Positions 11,591-23,460 of a stretch of 64,000 nucleotides of DNA are shown in pieces. Position 1 is the stretch's first letter; every line of letters starts with the position of its first letter. The position numbers were made by a program, and so were the translations under genes. A model generated the notes under the pieces. That model ran no database searches, was not told the origin of the DNA, and saw only the letters and a list, made by a program, of their open reading frames with translations. Source of the DNA: the human T2T-CHM13v2.0 reference genome, Homo sapiens; the NCBI RefSeq assembly GCF_009914755.1, contig NC_060927.1, one strand, 5' to 3'.

Positions 11591-12164
11591 AAGCTTTAGC
11601 CAATTCCCAGCTATGAATTCTTCCAAGATGAAAGGATACCAAGCTCAAGACTCTCCCTTGTTCATTTGAGGCCTTCCCAAAGATGACTGACATTTTCACA
11701 AATTTTATTTGGTTTCATTTCCTATCTTAACGAAAACAATGATAATTTCCTATCTTAATGAAAAAAATGATAATGTTTATACTGTATGATAATTAAAACA
11801 TCATGTAAAGATTACTCTTTATCTAAATGTTTGCACATACTCTTTGAACATCTATCATTTTTCCAGCAGTTATGATTTTTTCTTCCCAGGAATATGGGAA
11901 TGAAGTGAAATTGACAACTTTTCCCCCACGCATTGTATCCTCTTTTAATGCCACCCCCTGTGTTTAACAGCCTCTGACACAATGTAGGAGCAATCCATGG
12001 TACTCAAAGAATATTATGGAATTTAACAACAAGTATATATATTTGTCTTGATCCAGTGTCTTATCTGATTACCTTGGGCCACAGGAATACCCTAGGTGAG
12101 AAGGGAAAGTTGGGTTCTAGCCCAAGTCCTGTTACTAAGTCTCTTAGCTCCATGACCCTTGGAT

Positions 12165-12685
12165 ATTCTAGTTATTATTACTACAAAACTTAGCGGCTTA
12201 AAGTAATCTTTTTATTTTACATAATTTTATGGGTCAGAAATTTGGGAAAGGCTTAGGCTGGAAAGTTTTCACTTGGAGTTTCTTCTACCATTGCAGTCAT
12301 ATGTCAACTGGGACTTAAATCATCTGATAGCTCAGCTAGGCTAGATATCCAAGATGCCTCACTCTGGTGGTTAGTACCAGTAGTTGACTGGGATCTCAGT
12401 TGGGGCTGTCATCTAGGACAACGGCACATGGCTTTTCCAAGTGGCAGTGTTAAGACAATACTTTTAATATGACATCTGGCTTCCTCTAGGGTGAGTGTAG
12501 AACCTGTGGAAACTACACGGGTATTTATGACATAGCCTTGGAAATCATACAAGATCACTTCTCCCATACTCGATTGAGCCAAGCAGTTGCAAGTCACCCA
12601 AATTCAAAGCAATGGGACGTAGCTCCCCACCTCTCAATGGGAGATGTGACAAAGAATTTGGGAGCAATATTTTAAAACCACCACA
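12165..12685 (-). mobile_element. MLT1-family (MLT1F/G/H-like) solo LTR
   Basis: 'caaaacttagcggcttaaa', 'gggtcagaaatttggga', ends 'attttaaaaccaccaca'. Confidence 0.8.
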
Positions 12686-14647
12686 GGTACTTTATACTAT
12701 GTGAGTCTTGCTCTCCTCTATAAAATGGGACTACATTGTCTCTAAGACTCCTCTAGGGCTTAAAGTCTATGGAGCACTTCCCTTTAATAATCTTAATTTA
12801 TAGATACTTACATTAGTATTTGTATTCCAATTCTTTTCTATCATAAAATAACCGTAGTACATAGAATTTTTAAAAATAGAAAAACAGGCTTAGTTTCAAT
12901 GCCTAAATCTTTATGTATTTCCATATTTCGAGTTGTTTTCTGCGTGTTTGTTTGTTTGTGGTGCTTGTGTGTCTGTGTGTGTGAGTGTGGTGAACCTACC
13001 AGTACATCATTTTGGCATCTTTTCTCAGAATTAAACAAGCCAGGAAGACATTCTGACAGTTTGTTTTTAAAGACCATCAGTTGCCATTATAACTAAACAT
13101 ACTATACAACAGTAACATTTAATATCCCAATTAAATTGTAGTAGTTGTTGACCTCAGATTACAAACTCAGGTGGGCCAGAAATGTCTTATTTTACAATAA
13201 ATCTGTTTTAATTTTGATTCTGAACCCCTGTCCTGCTGAGCTGGTAGGAAATATAGCCCTTCATTTTTGAGACAACCTTCCCCACTAACTCCTGAGGTTA
13301 TATCATTCATCCAGGTCTCACACAGTTGGAACAAAGGGGAGGGGGCTGAAGGGTTTTGGTTCTCAATTATCCATGAAACCAAATTCACCCTGAAATGACC
13401 ATTATCCTTATTTGCTGGGCTTGTTCAGGTCTGCCTCTCTTATGGTTCGTTGCCTTGCAGGGAGTTTGTGATTATTCTCCAGGAAACAGAATATCTCAGG
13501 TCTAGACTTGCTTTTTGGTGCACCACAAGCAATTTCCTTATATCCTCCATGTCCTCAGGGTCCTGCCATGGAACAGTAGGCAGGTGCCCTCTGCTCCAGA
13601 GATCCCCACAACTCTTTCTCCCTCAGGTCCTACAGATTCCATATCCTCTGCCTTTTGCCTTACCCAGGCTCTATTCCTGCTCGTTTCTTAGTAGTTTTTG
13701 ATAGCCTACCAAAATCATTAGCAACCAAATAACTGCTTCACTTCATCCTGAAATTTTCCCTGGAGAAGGAAATATTTGCGTTCCATCTTTCTACTGCTTC
13801 AGAGAAAAGAATAACCAAATGACTATTTTTCCACAATAAGAGTGAATGTTCACATCCTGCTACAAAAGAATACATAAGGCTAATTTATATGCATTGCATA
13901 TTCTCCAATATATAAAGGGAATCGCACTTCCATCAGATAGTTTTTTGAGTCTGTGTTTAACTGCTTCCTAAATCTTCTGGGTCTAACAGGAGAACAGCGT
14001 CTTTCATGGCTGATGACACTGAAGAAGTGCCAAAGAAACAGCAAAATGGCAGATTTAGTGTTTATTGTTGGGATAAGATAATACAGGTTCATAATCCCTA
14101 TGTGCTGTTTCACATTCAAAAGCTCAGAAAAATCAAAATAACTTCTAGCTCATTAGGCTTCTAAACCTGACCTGAACTAATGTGAGGCTACTTTTAAGTC
14201 TTTATTTACCACACTTACGGTGCATATTTTTATGTTATATACCAGAAATATTAGTATGACTGATTATGGGAGTGTTACCTACTTCGTGCTGCAGGGTATC
14301 ACATGTTGGGACTCAGAAAATGATACCCTGAAATATACTGCTTTGAACTTCCAACTGAGAGGACCTGAGGAGCAGCAAATGCTGAGTTCCTTATTTGACT
14401 AAGAGAATTTCCTTCAGAAGGCATTAAATTGTCTTGCCCCACCCCACCCTTCATCCCCATAATTTCATCAAACAGATGAGACTAACTCATAGGAAAGAAG
14501 ATTGAAGCTGACTCCACACTTGGAGCTCATACAAACTTTTTCCCAGGCTATTGTCTGTTCTTCAAGCCCATTCACCTCCCCTAAAAATCATGTATTCTTC
14601 CTCAAAAATTGTCTATTATCTTCCACTTCCCTTTCCCCCATGAAAAG

Positions 14648-16190
14648 TGTTGAGGCTTATTCTGAGCCAATATGAGTGACCATGGCCTGAGAACCCAATA
14701 TGAGTGACCATGGCCTGAGAACCATCTCAAGAGCTCCTTCAACAGTTGTGACTGAGCTTGTCAGGTTGCAGTTTGGTTTTATATATTCTAGGGAGACAGG
14801 AATTATAGGTAAAATCATAAATCTATATATAGAAGGTATACATTGGTTCAGCCTAAAGGGGTGGGATATCTTGAAGGCAGGGTGGAGGGGATGCTTACAG
14901 ATCATAGGTAAATTCAAAGATTTTCTGATTGGCAGTTGGTTGAAAGAGTTAAGTTTTGTCTAAAGACTTGAAGTCAGTAGAAACAAAAATGCTTGAGTAA
15001 AGATAAGGGGGGTTGTGAGGGCCAAGGTTTTTGGTATGTAGATGAAGCTTCATAGATCACAGTCTTCAGAGAGAATAGAAGATAAATGTCTCTTTTCAGA
15101 CTTTAAAGGTATCAGACTCTCAGTTAATCTCTCCTAGATCCAAGAAAAGCCTAGAAAGAGAAGGCCTGACTCCATTAATGGAGATTCTCTACAGATGCAA
15201 ATTTCCCCCACAAAAGATGGCTTTGCAGAGCCATTTCAAAATATGTTAAAGAAAAATAAAGTAAAATCTGTTTATTTCCTTCAGGGTCTGCTATCTGTCA
15301 TGTGCCATGACATGCTATACCAGTCAGGTTGGAATTGGTGTCTTATTGCCATAGTCTGTTTACTCAGTCTTATGATCTCTATTTTAATGTTAATGCTGGT
15401 CAGTTGCGCCTAAACTGCAAAGGGTGGGAGTATGATGAGGCATATCAGACCTCCATTCCCATCATAGCTGGGAATTCAGTTTTTCAGGTTTCTCTGGGTT
15501 CTCCCTGAACTAGAGAGGGTCTGTTTAAAGCTGCATTTGCAAACATTATGACAGTGAGACAAATCTAGCATGGCTGATTCCAACTTGCTTCTAGCCTCAC
15601 ATGCTGGCTGTTTTTACCCATTCTTGGCTATAGGCCAAGCTAACCATGAAAGGGGACTGAATTCTGCTAAGATCTACTTTCTGTAGTCCACTACTGCTCA
15701 GGAGTCACGTGGCTGGAGGTCACAAGATTTGTGACTTATTGCTCCTTTAGATAACATCACTATTGTAGAAACTAAATTGGCCTTTTGAGATGTTTTTTAG
15801 ACTTTTGTGTCCTGGCAACCACTGACCCCACCCAGACTCAGGACTCAACTGGTCCTGTGGCCCTTCACCCAGAGTGCCCCTCCAGCACACAAGGACTATT
15901 TTCCATGCCCCTGTGATTGCATCCCCAGCTAATCAGCAGCACCCATTCATTAGTCCCCTGTCCACCAAACTATCTTTGAAAAACTAACCTCTGAGCCTTT
16001 AGTGAGGCTGGTATGAGTGACAACTGCAGTTCTCCTGTGTGGTCTGCCTCATGTCAGTTAAACTATTTCTTTACTGCAATACCACAATCTCAGTGAATTA
16101 ATTTTGTCCATGTAATGGGCAGGAAGAACCCACCAGGCGATTACATGTTTAGTTAGCTGAGGGGGCTTAGGATTTTATTTTTGGTTTATA
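14648..16190 (-). mobile_element. MER4-family (MER4D/E-like) solo LTR, split by an LTR8 insertion
   Basis: 'ttattctgagccaatatgagtgacc', 'gattttctgattggcagttggttgaaagagttaag'; ends 'gggggcttaggattttatttttggtttata'. Confidence 0.85.
15526..16145 (+). mobile_element. LTR8-family solo LTR
   Basis: 'tttgcaaacattatgacagtgagacaaatctagcatggctga..cttgcttctagcctc'; ends 'gaagaacccaccaggcgattaca'. TSD TGTT at 15522-15525 and 16146-16149. Confidence 0.85.
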
Positions 16191-16526
16191 AGAGGGGATT
16201 TAAGCTTCAATCATCTGAATTGTCTTTGAGTTTTCATACTTTTTGTGACTCTGTGCACTTTCATCTTAATACATTTGTATGCCTTTTCTCCTGTTAATCT
16301 GTCTATTATCAGTTTATTTCAGCCGACTCAATTATCAAACCTTCAGAAGAGAAGTGTAAGCTTCCCTGCACACATAATATGTACCATATTATCTTTTGGA
16401 AAGTTCTCCAAAATTCTAGCTTTCCAAACCTATCTTATTCTAGGGATTTGAGATAAGGCTTGGGATATATATATATATATATGAATTAGAAAGTTTCTTT
16501 TTCATGGTATTTCTTCATGTGCCCAT

Positions 16527-17179
16527 TACAGGGACAGAAAAGATAATTTTTCCTCTACCCTTGTAAATTCTCAGCTGGGGCCTCAATATAAAAAGACAGA
16601 TTAACAAAAGAAAAACAAATAGAAGTTTATTAACATGTATACAGTGACTTTTTCTGTAACCTCTGCCTCCCCCCCTCCCACCATGTTTATAGACCCCTGC
16701 ATTTAAACCATCTGGGACTTCAGGTTTTAAACACGAGCTGGCTGAATCTTCTTGCTTGGTACCCTGCAATAAATGTATACATGGGAGACACCCAGGGACA
16801 AATGAGGAACTCTCAAAGAGATAGTTTAGAATTCAAGCATAAATACTATCTTCAGCTAAAGACAAAACAGAGAATGGTGTCAGGGAGGAGGACGAGGTAA
16901 CTAGGAAAAGTACAGTAAAGGAGAGTAAGTTTTGTAATGCAGATGTAAGTCAATACCTTCCCCACTGCTAAGAGCCTCTAGTGATTTACCCATCTTTCTC
17001 TTTCTTATACAGAGAGGGAGACACACTTAAAAAATTGAGATTTACTTTATAAATGCAAATTTCCCATAGAAAAGGGTTTACTTCTCCTTTATTTTCAGAG
17101 CTTCTCCTGTGTCTGCTGTTTCTCAAAATAATTCTGCTAAAGAGGCATATTTTGGGGTGTCATATTCTGGTCTCCTATA
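16527..17179 (-). mobile_element. MER34-related ERV1 solo LTR carrying a foreign 129 bp insert
   Basis: 'agacagattaacaaaagaaaaac..gtttattaacatg'; ends 'gaggcatattttggggtgtcatattctggtctcctata'. Flanks ccat/tcat. Confidence 0.75.
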
Positions 17180-17911
17180 TCATTCACGCTAAATCATGGG
17201 GCAGGATGATTTTCCGTTAAAGCTGAATACCAGGAAAGGCTTTTTAAAATTTCAAATGCTTGTGCTTCTGAACATCAAGAGGCAATCTGTGAAGAGATTC
17301 AAAGCAAGAAAGAAGACAGGAAACATAAGAACAAAGCTTCTTGTTTCCCCATCACCAAGTCTAGTTAAAATTTTCCAGTTGAAGGGATACCAAGGAACTA
17401 AGATGAGATAAGATGTTCATGGGGCTGAGGGACAATGTGCTGCAGACTTGAAGGAACCATGCAGAATGAAGGTAAGTCATCATCCAGGGAACAGCCAGCC
17501 CCCACTGGAGTGGCACTTTATACTGTCAGCCCATGGGAACACCACGGATACTAAGTCAGAAACTCTAAAACTTCTGGATCCATTCAAGTGAGAATCATGT
17601 CGCTTGTGCCAAAGAATGACATCAATAGTCTTTCATACTAGCAACTGGTAAGAAGCGCCCATCCATAGCAGCCTACTGCCTACTTAATGTTAATCAGTAC
17701 TGGCTCCAGTGGCCCAAGATAATTTTCTCAGGCCTTGACTGTTATGAATTAACCTAACTCAATTTTGCCAGTCAAAATTATCAGATTCATTTGGTTATCA
17801 GTAGTTTCAAATGCTTAGAAGCAGACTAAGGATACAAGACTCCTCCCGAAAACCTCCCCAGCAGGCTTCACTGAAAACAATCTCAGATTGCAAAGAAAGG
17901 AGTCACACAAC

Positions 17912-19168
17912 TGAGACAGAGCAGGGACCCCTCTTAAAGGCCTGCAGCCCACCCCTCACCACCAAAGCGTGATAATAAGGGAATATTTTGACTTCCTTTA
18001 AGGGAAATTCCATACACCTAGTTAGCCCTGGGAAGTAAATGAGCGATTTGATAAGCAAGAAGACAAAAGTAGCTTAAAACAATAGCTAAAGCAGTTAGCA
18101 TCACAAGATGTTTTGTTCCCTATAGAAATTAAAGATAACATTTTAACCTCTCTTCCTGAGTTGGTTTACAGAAATCCAAACTCCCACCAAACGGATCCAT
18201 TGGCACATAGAACTCAGATAAGGGGCAATTGAGGACTGAACTCCGATCACCATTCTTCGTTCTAAATTTCTTCCCGAGGGAGGCAGTTAAACCCATGAGC
18301 TAAAGCTAACATTCTTTTCTGCTGATCCCAAATTTTAGACAAAGCTTTGCTTCTTAACCAATCACAATTCAGAAAGTCTTTGAATCTACCTATGACCTAG
18401 AGGCCCTGCTTCAAGATGTCCCACATTTTTAGTCAAACCAATGTATAGCCTCAATGTATTGATTTATGACTTTTTCTGTAACCTCTGCCTCCCCATCTTT
18501 ATAAACTCCTACCTTTAAACCATCTCAGAGTTCAGGTCTTAAACATGAGCTGCCTGAATCTTCTTGCTCAGTACCCTACAATAAATACCTCATTTTCTCT
18601 CATCTCCATCCCAGTGTCACTCTTTGGCTTTGCTGCACTGGATTAGCAGACCCCGGTTTGGTTTTGTTGGGTACAGTCCCCCAAATCTGGCCATAAACTG
18701 GCCCCAAAACTGGCCATAAACAAAATCTCTGCAGCACTGTGATATGCTCGTGATGGCCTTGACGCCCATGCTGGAAGGTTGTCGGTTTACTGGAATGAAG
18801 GTAAGGAACACGTGGCCCACCCAGGGAGGAAAACCGCTTAAGGCGTTCTTAAACCACAAACAATAGCATGAGTGATCTGTGCCTTAAGGACATGTTCATG
18901 CTGCAGGTAACTAGCCAGAGCCCATCCTTTTATTCAGCCCATCCCTTTATTTCCCATAAGGAATACCTTTAGTAAATCTTATTATGACTGGCTTGCTGTC
19001 AATAAATATGTGGGTAAATCTCTGTTCGGGGCTCTCAGCTCCGAAGGCTGTGAGAGTCCCTGATTTCCCACTCGACACTCTATATTTCTGTGTGTGTGTC
19101 TTTAATTCCTGTAGCATTGCTGGGTTAGGGCCTCCCCAATTGAGCTGGTCTTGGCAGGTTTGATAATA
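17912..19168 (+). mobile_element. MER72/LTR47-like solo LTR, interrupted near its 3' end by MER9
   Basis: Starts TGAGACAGAGCAGGGACCCCTCTT. TSD CAAC at 17908-17911 and 19169-19172. Confidence 0.75.
18665..19156 (+). mobile_element. MER9 solo LTR (HERV-K HML-3)
   Basis: 'TGTTGGG..ctggccataaactggccccaaaactggccataaacaaaatctctgcagcactgtga..gagctggtcttGGCA'. TSD GGTTT at 18660-18664 and 19157-19161. Confidence 0.9.
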
Positions 19169-19447
19169 CAACCTTTACCACAACCTCAAGGAAGTTCCAA
19201 GTCTCTCTCTTTAGGTACCATCACCAGACCTCACACCTGAGACAAGAGCAACAATATTCTAAAGTTAGGAGGCAGCAACTTTACAGTTGGTGTTCAACAA
19301 CCAGAATTTAGTAAATTAGTACCTGGACATTGTTTCAGAAACAAGCTTCAAATGCCATTGTAAAAGATCTGGATGTCTGAGCTAGCTGGATTCTATTCAC
19401 CTGAAGATGGAAGGGATCTTCACAATATTTTTAGTCCATCCACATAT

Positions 19448-19876
19448 TGCTATAGTTTGGATTTTTGTCCCCCAAACCTTATGATAAAATTTGATCCCCA
19501 ATGTCAGAGGTGGGGCCTAATGGAAGTGTTTGGATGATGGGGGCAGACCTGTCATTAATGGCTTGGTGCCATCTTCATGATAATGAGTGATTTATTACTC
19601 TATTAGTTCCAGTAGGGAGCTGGTTGTTTATTTTAAAAAAAGGGATGGAAATGCCCCTCTCACTTGCTTCCTCTCTTACCTTGTGATCTCTGCACATGCC
19701 AGCTTGCCTTCACCTTCTGCCATGGGTAGAAGTAGCCTGAGGCTTCACAAGAAGCAAATACTGGCACTATCCTTCTTGTACAGCCTGCAGAACTGTGAGC
19801 CAAATAAACCTCTTTTCTTTATAAATTACCCATTCTCAGGTACTCCTTTATAACAACACTAACGTGGACTAAGACA
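19448..19876 (+). mobile_element. MST-family (MSTB/MSTC-like) MaLR solo LTR
   Basis: Starts 'tgctatagtttgga'; contains 'cagcctgcagaactgtgagccaaataaacctcttttctttataaattaccca'; ends 'ggactaagaca'. Confidence 0.9.
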
Positions 19877-20830
19877 TACACCTTGAACACCAGTAATTTC
19901 AACAATGAGCACTTATTTGTATATCCATCATGATAATTGACAAAACCTCCACTATTGATATATAAAGGTAGGTGAAATGCTTGTAGTTACAGTCTCTGAA
20001 GTGTGACTTTTAATATACTAACTCACCATCCATAGAGTAATTTTTGAGATTGGGCAGCCATGCATCCTAGTAATGTGCATTAAAGCCATCATACACACAC
20101 ATATATATCAAATGCATGTGCTATACTATTTGAAAGTAAGTTATAGACTATAATTTATTAACTGAGGTCCTGTGTGGGTAACCTGCTTTTCAGTTTCCCA
20201 GAGCACTCAGAAGCCCTTCAAGTTAGAGGGTGGAGCACTGGATATCTAGAAGGATAATGGTGATGATATTTAGGTGAAATCTTCCCAGGTCCTCAAACTT
20301 CACAGTTGAACATGTTGGGAACTGAATGCAATCAGAAGAAAATCTCCTCCAAAACCAGGAAAGAAGTATATTATCTTCCATTCTTTCTGGTCAGGGAACA
20401 GACCCTACATTTGGGACAGAGCTCGATTTGTTGGAATATTTTTTCACTATAGCTCCCCTATGGACTACGCTGAGTCATGCTTTCTGCAACAAATGTCTCC
20501 ATTGTTGGCACAATGGTCCAAGAAAAAGCTGTTAATGTGGCCATACCTTGTGGTTTTGTTTTATGAGACACGTAATCGTGTTAATTTGTTTTATGAGACA
20601 GGTAATTGTGTTAATATACAGATATTGTGTTAGAAAATTAAACCGTTCATATACAAGTATTGTAAGAAATTAAACTATTTATGTTATATATTTTCACTAA
20701 TTGATGTTAAATGTGGTTTCTTAAAATGTTAATATGAAATTAATAACTTAAATATAGAACATTCAAAATTTTATAAGGCAACAATATAGAAGTGATTAAG
20801 TAAAAAGATTATATGTCTTACATATGCATC

Positions 20831-21966
20831 TGTTGGGGCTCAGAAAATGATATCCCCCAAATTAAAGTATCAGAAGCAGTCTCAGAATCAAAGTTTCTCT
20901 CTGACCTTCTGCCTTCCTATCTCTCAGCCTCGTTCTCTTCCAAGGCAAATCATAGAAACCAGAATCTCTTTTCCCCAAAGTCAGCTATGAAGTTTAAAAT
21001 TGTTACTCTAACTCTCCCCACCCACTTCCTTCCATGTAGGAAATGGCCATAAAGAAGGTGTTTCATCTACCTTGTTTGATTATGAGTCATAACACCCCTA
21101 TTCCAGAATTCTGCCCTATGACAGAAGGAAATGAATTTCCTCCAATCAGTCTATTACTATTAGATCATACATTTTATTGGCCAATCACATTTCTACTCAG
21201 CTGTCCCTGCTTCACAGAAGCTAAATATAAAATAAGATAGTTTTCCCTGTGTATTAGTCAGGATTCTCCAGAGGAACAGAACTAATAGGATATATGTACA
21301 TGGGAAAGGGAGTTTATTAATGAGAATTGACTCACACCATCACAAGGTGAAGTCTCATGATAGGTCATCTGCAAGCTGAGGAGCAAGAAAGCCAGTAGTG
21401 GCTTAGTCCAAGTCCCAAAGCCTAAACAGTAGGGAAGTCGACATGACAATGCAACCTTCAGTCTGTGGCCGAAGGCCTGAGAGCCCCTGGCAAACCACTG
21501 GTGTAAGTCCAAAGGCCAAAGAACCTGGAGACTGATGTTCAAGGGTAGGAAGCATCCAGCACAGGAGAAAAATGAAAGCTGGAAGACTCAGCAAGCCAGC
21601 TTATTCCACTCTCTTCCACCTGCTTTTTCTAGCCACACTGGCGGCCAGTTGGATGGTGCCCACCTACATAAAGGGTGGGTCTTCCTCTCCTAGTCCACTA
21701 ATTCAAATGTTAATCTCCTCTGGCAACACCCTCACAGACAAACCCAGAAACAATACTTTGCGTCCTTCAATCCAATCAAGCTGACACTTAATATTAACCA
21801 TTATACCCTATATCATTTGGTCATTTAACCTGGAGCCTCCTGTGTCATGTAAAACTTAGATTAAATCTGTTATGCTTTTCTCTTGTTAACTTGTCCTTTG
21901 TAATAGGGGTGTTGGCTATTACTTTTAACATCCTCAGGAAATGCATCACACCTTTCTGTTCCTACA
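20831..21966 (+). mobile_element. MER39/MER34-family solo LTR interrupted by MLT2A
   Basis: Starts TGTTGGGGCTCAGAAAATGATATCCCC and ends CCTACA. Flanks catc/tatc. Confidence 0.75.
21250..21805 (-). mobile_element. MLT2A (HERV-L) solo LTR
   Basis: 'tgtattagtcaggattctccagaggaacagaactaatagga..ttcaatccaatcaagctgacacttaatattaacca'. 5-bp flanks ccctg/cccta. Confidence 0.9.
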
Positions 21967-22390
21967 TATCTATGCTTGTTATTTTATCGTTTCTGTATTT
22001 CTGTGTGCTAGATTGCTTCCCATTTCCCTTTTTCCACCATCGTGAATAATGCCGCAATTAATATTTTCATATAAGTTTGCTATGTTTTATTTTTCCTTAA
22101 GATATACTATAAGAGATTATGAGTATTTTTATGATACTTACGGTCTCTGGCCAAATTATTTCTCAAAAGTGTTGTATCCATTTTGATTCCCACCAACAAC
22201 ACGTAAGACAAGACATATATTTCACAGAACATTCACTAGCTTTACATATTAGCATTTTTAAATTGTAATAGTCCACAATTATGCCTCACTAATGTTATTA
22301 TTTGTATCTCTTTTATTCATAGAAGGTTGAGTTTTTTCATATACTTGTTTAGAAATTATATTTCTGGGCTGGGAATTATATGTAATTTCC

Positions 22391-22906
22391 TGTAGGAGAG
22401 AACAGGTAGTACCTTATTGTCACCCATTGCAAGATTACTGGCTAAGATCCCTATAGCAAAAAAGCAGATTAACAAGAGAAAAGCATAACATTTTTATTTA
22501 GTATAAGTTTTACATGACACAAGAGCCTTCACAAATGAAGACGTAAAAACCCACAGAAATCTATGTATTTTTGTAGAAAGTTGTGCAGAAGCGTGGCTGG
22601 AGGACAAAGGAGTGTGATCTAATGGTAATAAACAGGGGAGAACTCAGCCAGACCTGTTTGTTTAGAGTCTTACTGGCTTCCCGGTATAGGGCAGGGCCCC
22701 TCTGGAATAAAAGTCTTATGTCCTACTTTCAAGGGAGGTAGTGTAGGGAATTCTTTTACGGCCTGCTTCAGAGGAGAAAGGCAAGAGAAGATCAGCGAGG
22801 ACCTTCCTGTTTCTGCGGAGCGTTTTTGTCAATTTCCTTCAGCTTAAAACACTCATCATGCCAAGGTGACATATTGCCAATGGGTATTGTGTTCTGAGCC
22901 CTGACA
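22391..22906 (-). mobile_element. MER34-family solo LTR
   Basis: TG...CA ends; 'cagattaacaagagaaaagcata', 'ccaaggtgacatatt..ttctgagccctgaca'. Flanks ttcc/atcc. Confidence 0.75.
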
Positions 22907-22979
22907 ATCCTTTATATATTTGTCTATGACACTGAAGTGATTTTATGAATTATAATATTTGCCAGAAATAATTTCCCAC

Positions 22980-23460
22980 TGTATAGGGGAAAAATTTATT
23001 TTACCCATCACTAGCTTCACTGCTGAAGTCTCTGTAACAACAGACAGATTGACAAGAAAAACGCATGCAAATTTATTCACTTATAAATTTTTTGTGACAT
23101 GGGAGTCTTCAGAAAGGAGGACCTAAAGAAACAGGGAAACCTATGTATTTTCATGCTTAAGTTTGACGAAGAGTGGACAGTTCTGCAAATGTATGACTGC
23201 ACAAAGAAGACATAATCTTACGGTAATAAACTGCGGGGAACAAAGCAAGGCCTGTTTGTTCAGATTCTTCTCTCTCCCTGTGTCTTCAGAGATAAGGATG
23301 TTCCTTCCTCTGGGCATAGGAAGGGTACCTCTCTGAGGGTCTTACGACCCACTTCAGGGGAGAAGGGCGAGCGAAAGTTGAGAGGGGCCTTCCTGGTTCT
23401 TCTGTTTTCTCAAATGTCAAGGTGACATATTTTGAGGGTAGCATGTATTAAACCCTATCA
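22980..23460 (-). mobile_element. Second MER34-family solo LTR
   Basis: TG...CA ends; shares motifs with 22391-22906 ('ggtaataaac..ggggaac..cctgtttgtt', 'caaggtgacatatt'). Flanks ccac/ccag. Confidence 0.75.

Larger units (their letters stand above)
14304..16370 (+). mobile_element. MER34/MER39-family ERV1 solo LTR (outer element: 14304-14647 plus 16191-16370)
   Basis: Starts TGTTGGGACTCAGAAAATGATACCC and ends ..CCCTGCA. 4-bp TSD CACA at 14300-14303 and 16371-16374. Confidence 0.8.

Noticed and set aside
14667-14722. Short direct repeats as a CRISPR-like array
   Set aside because: Only two adjacent copies with no spacers, in a eukaryotic context; simple tandem duplication.
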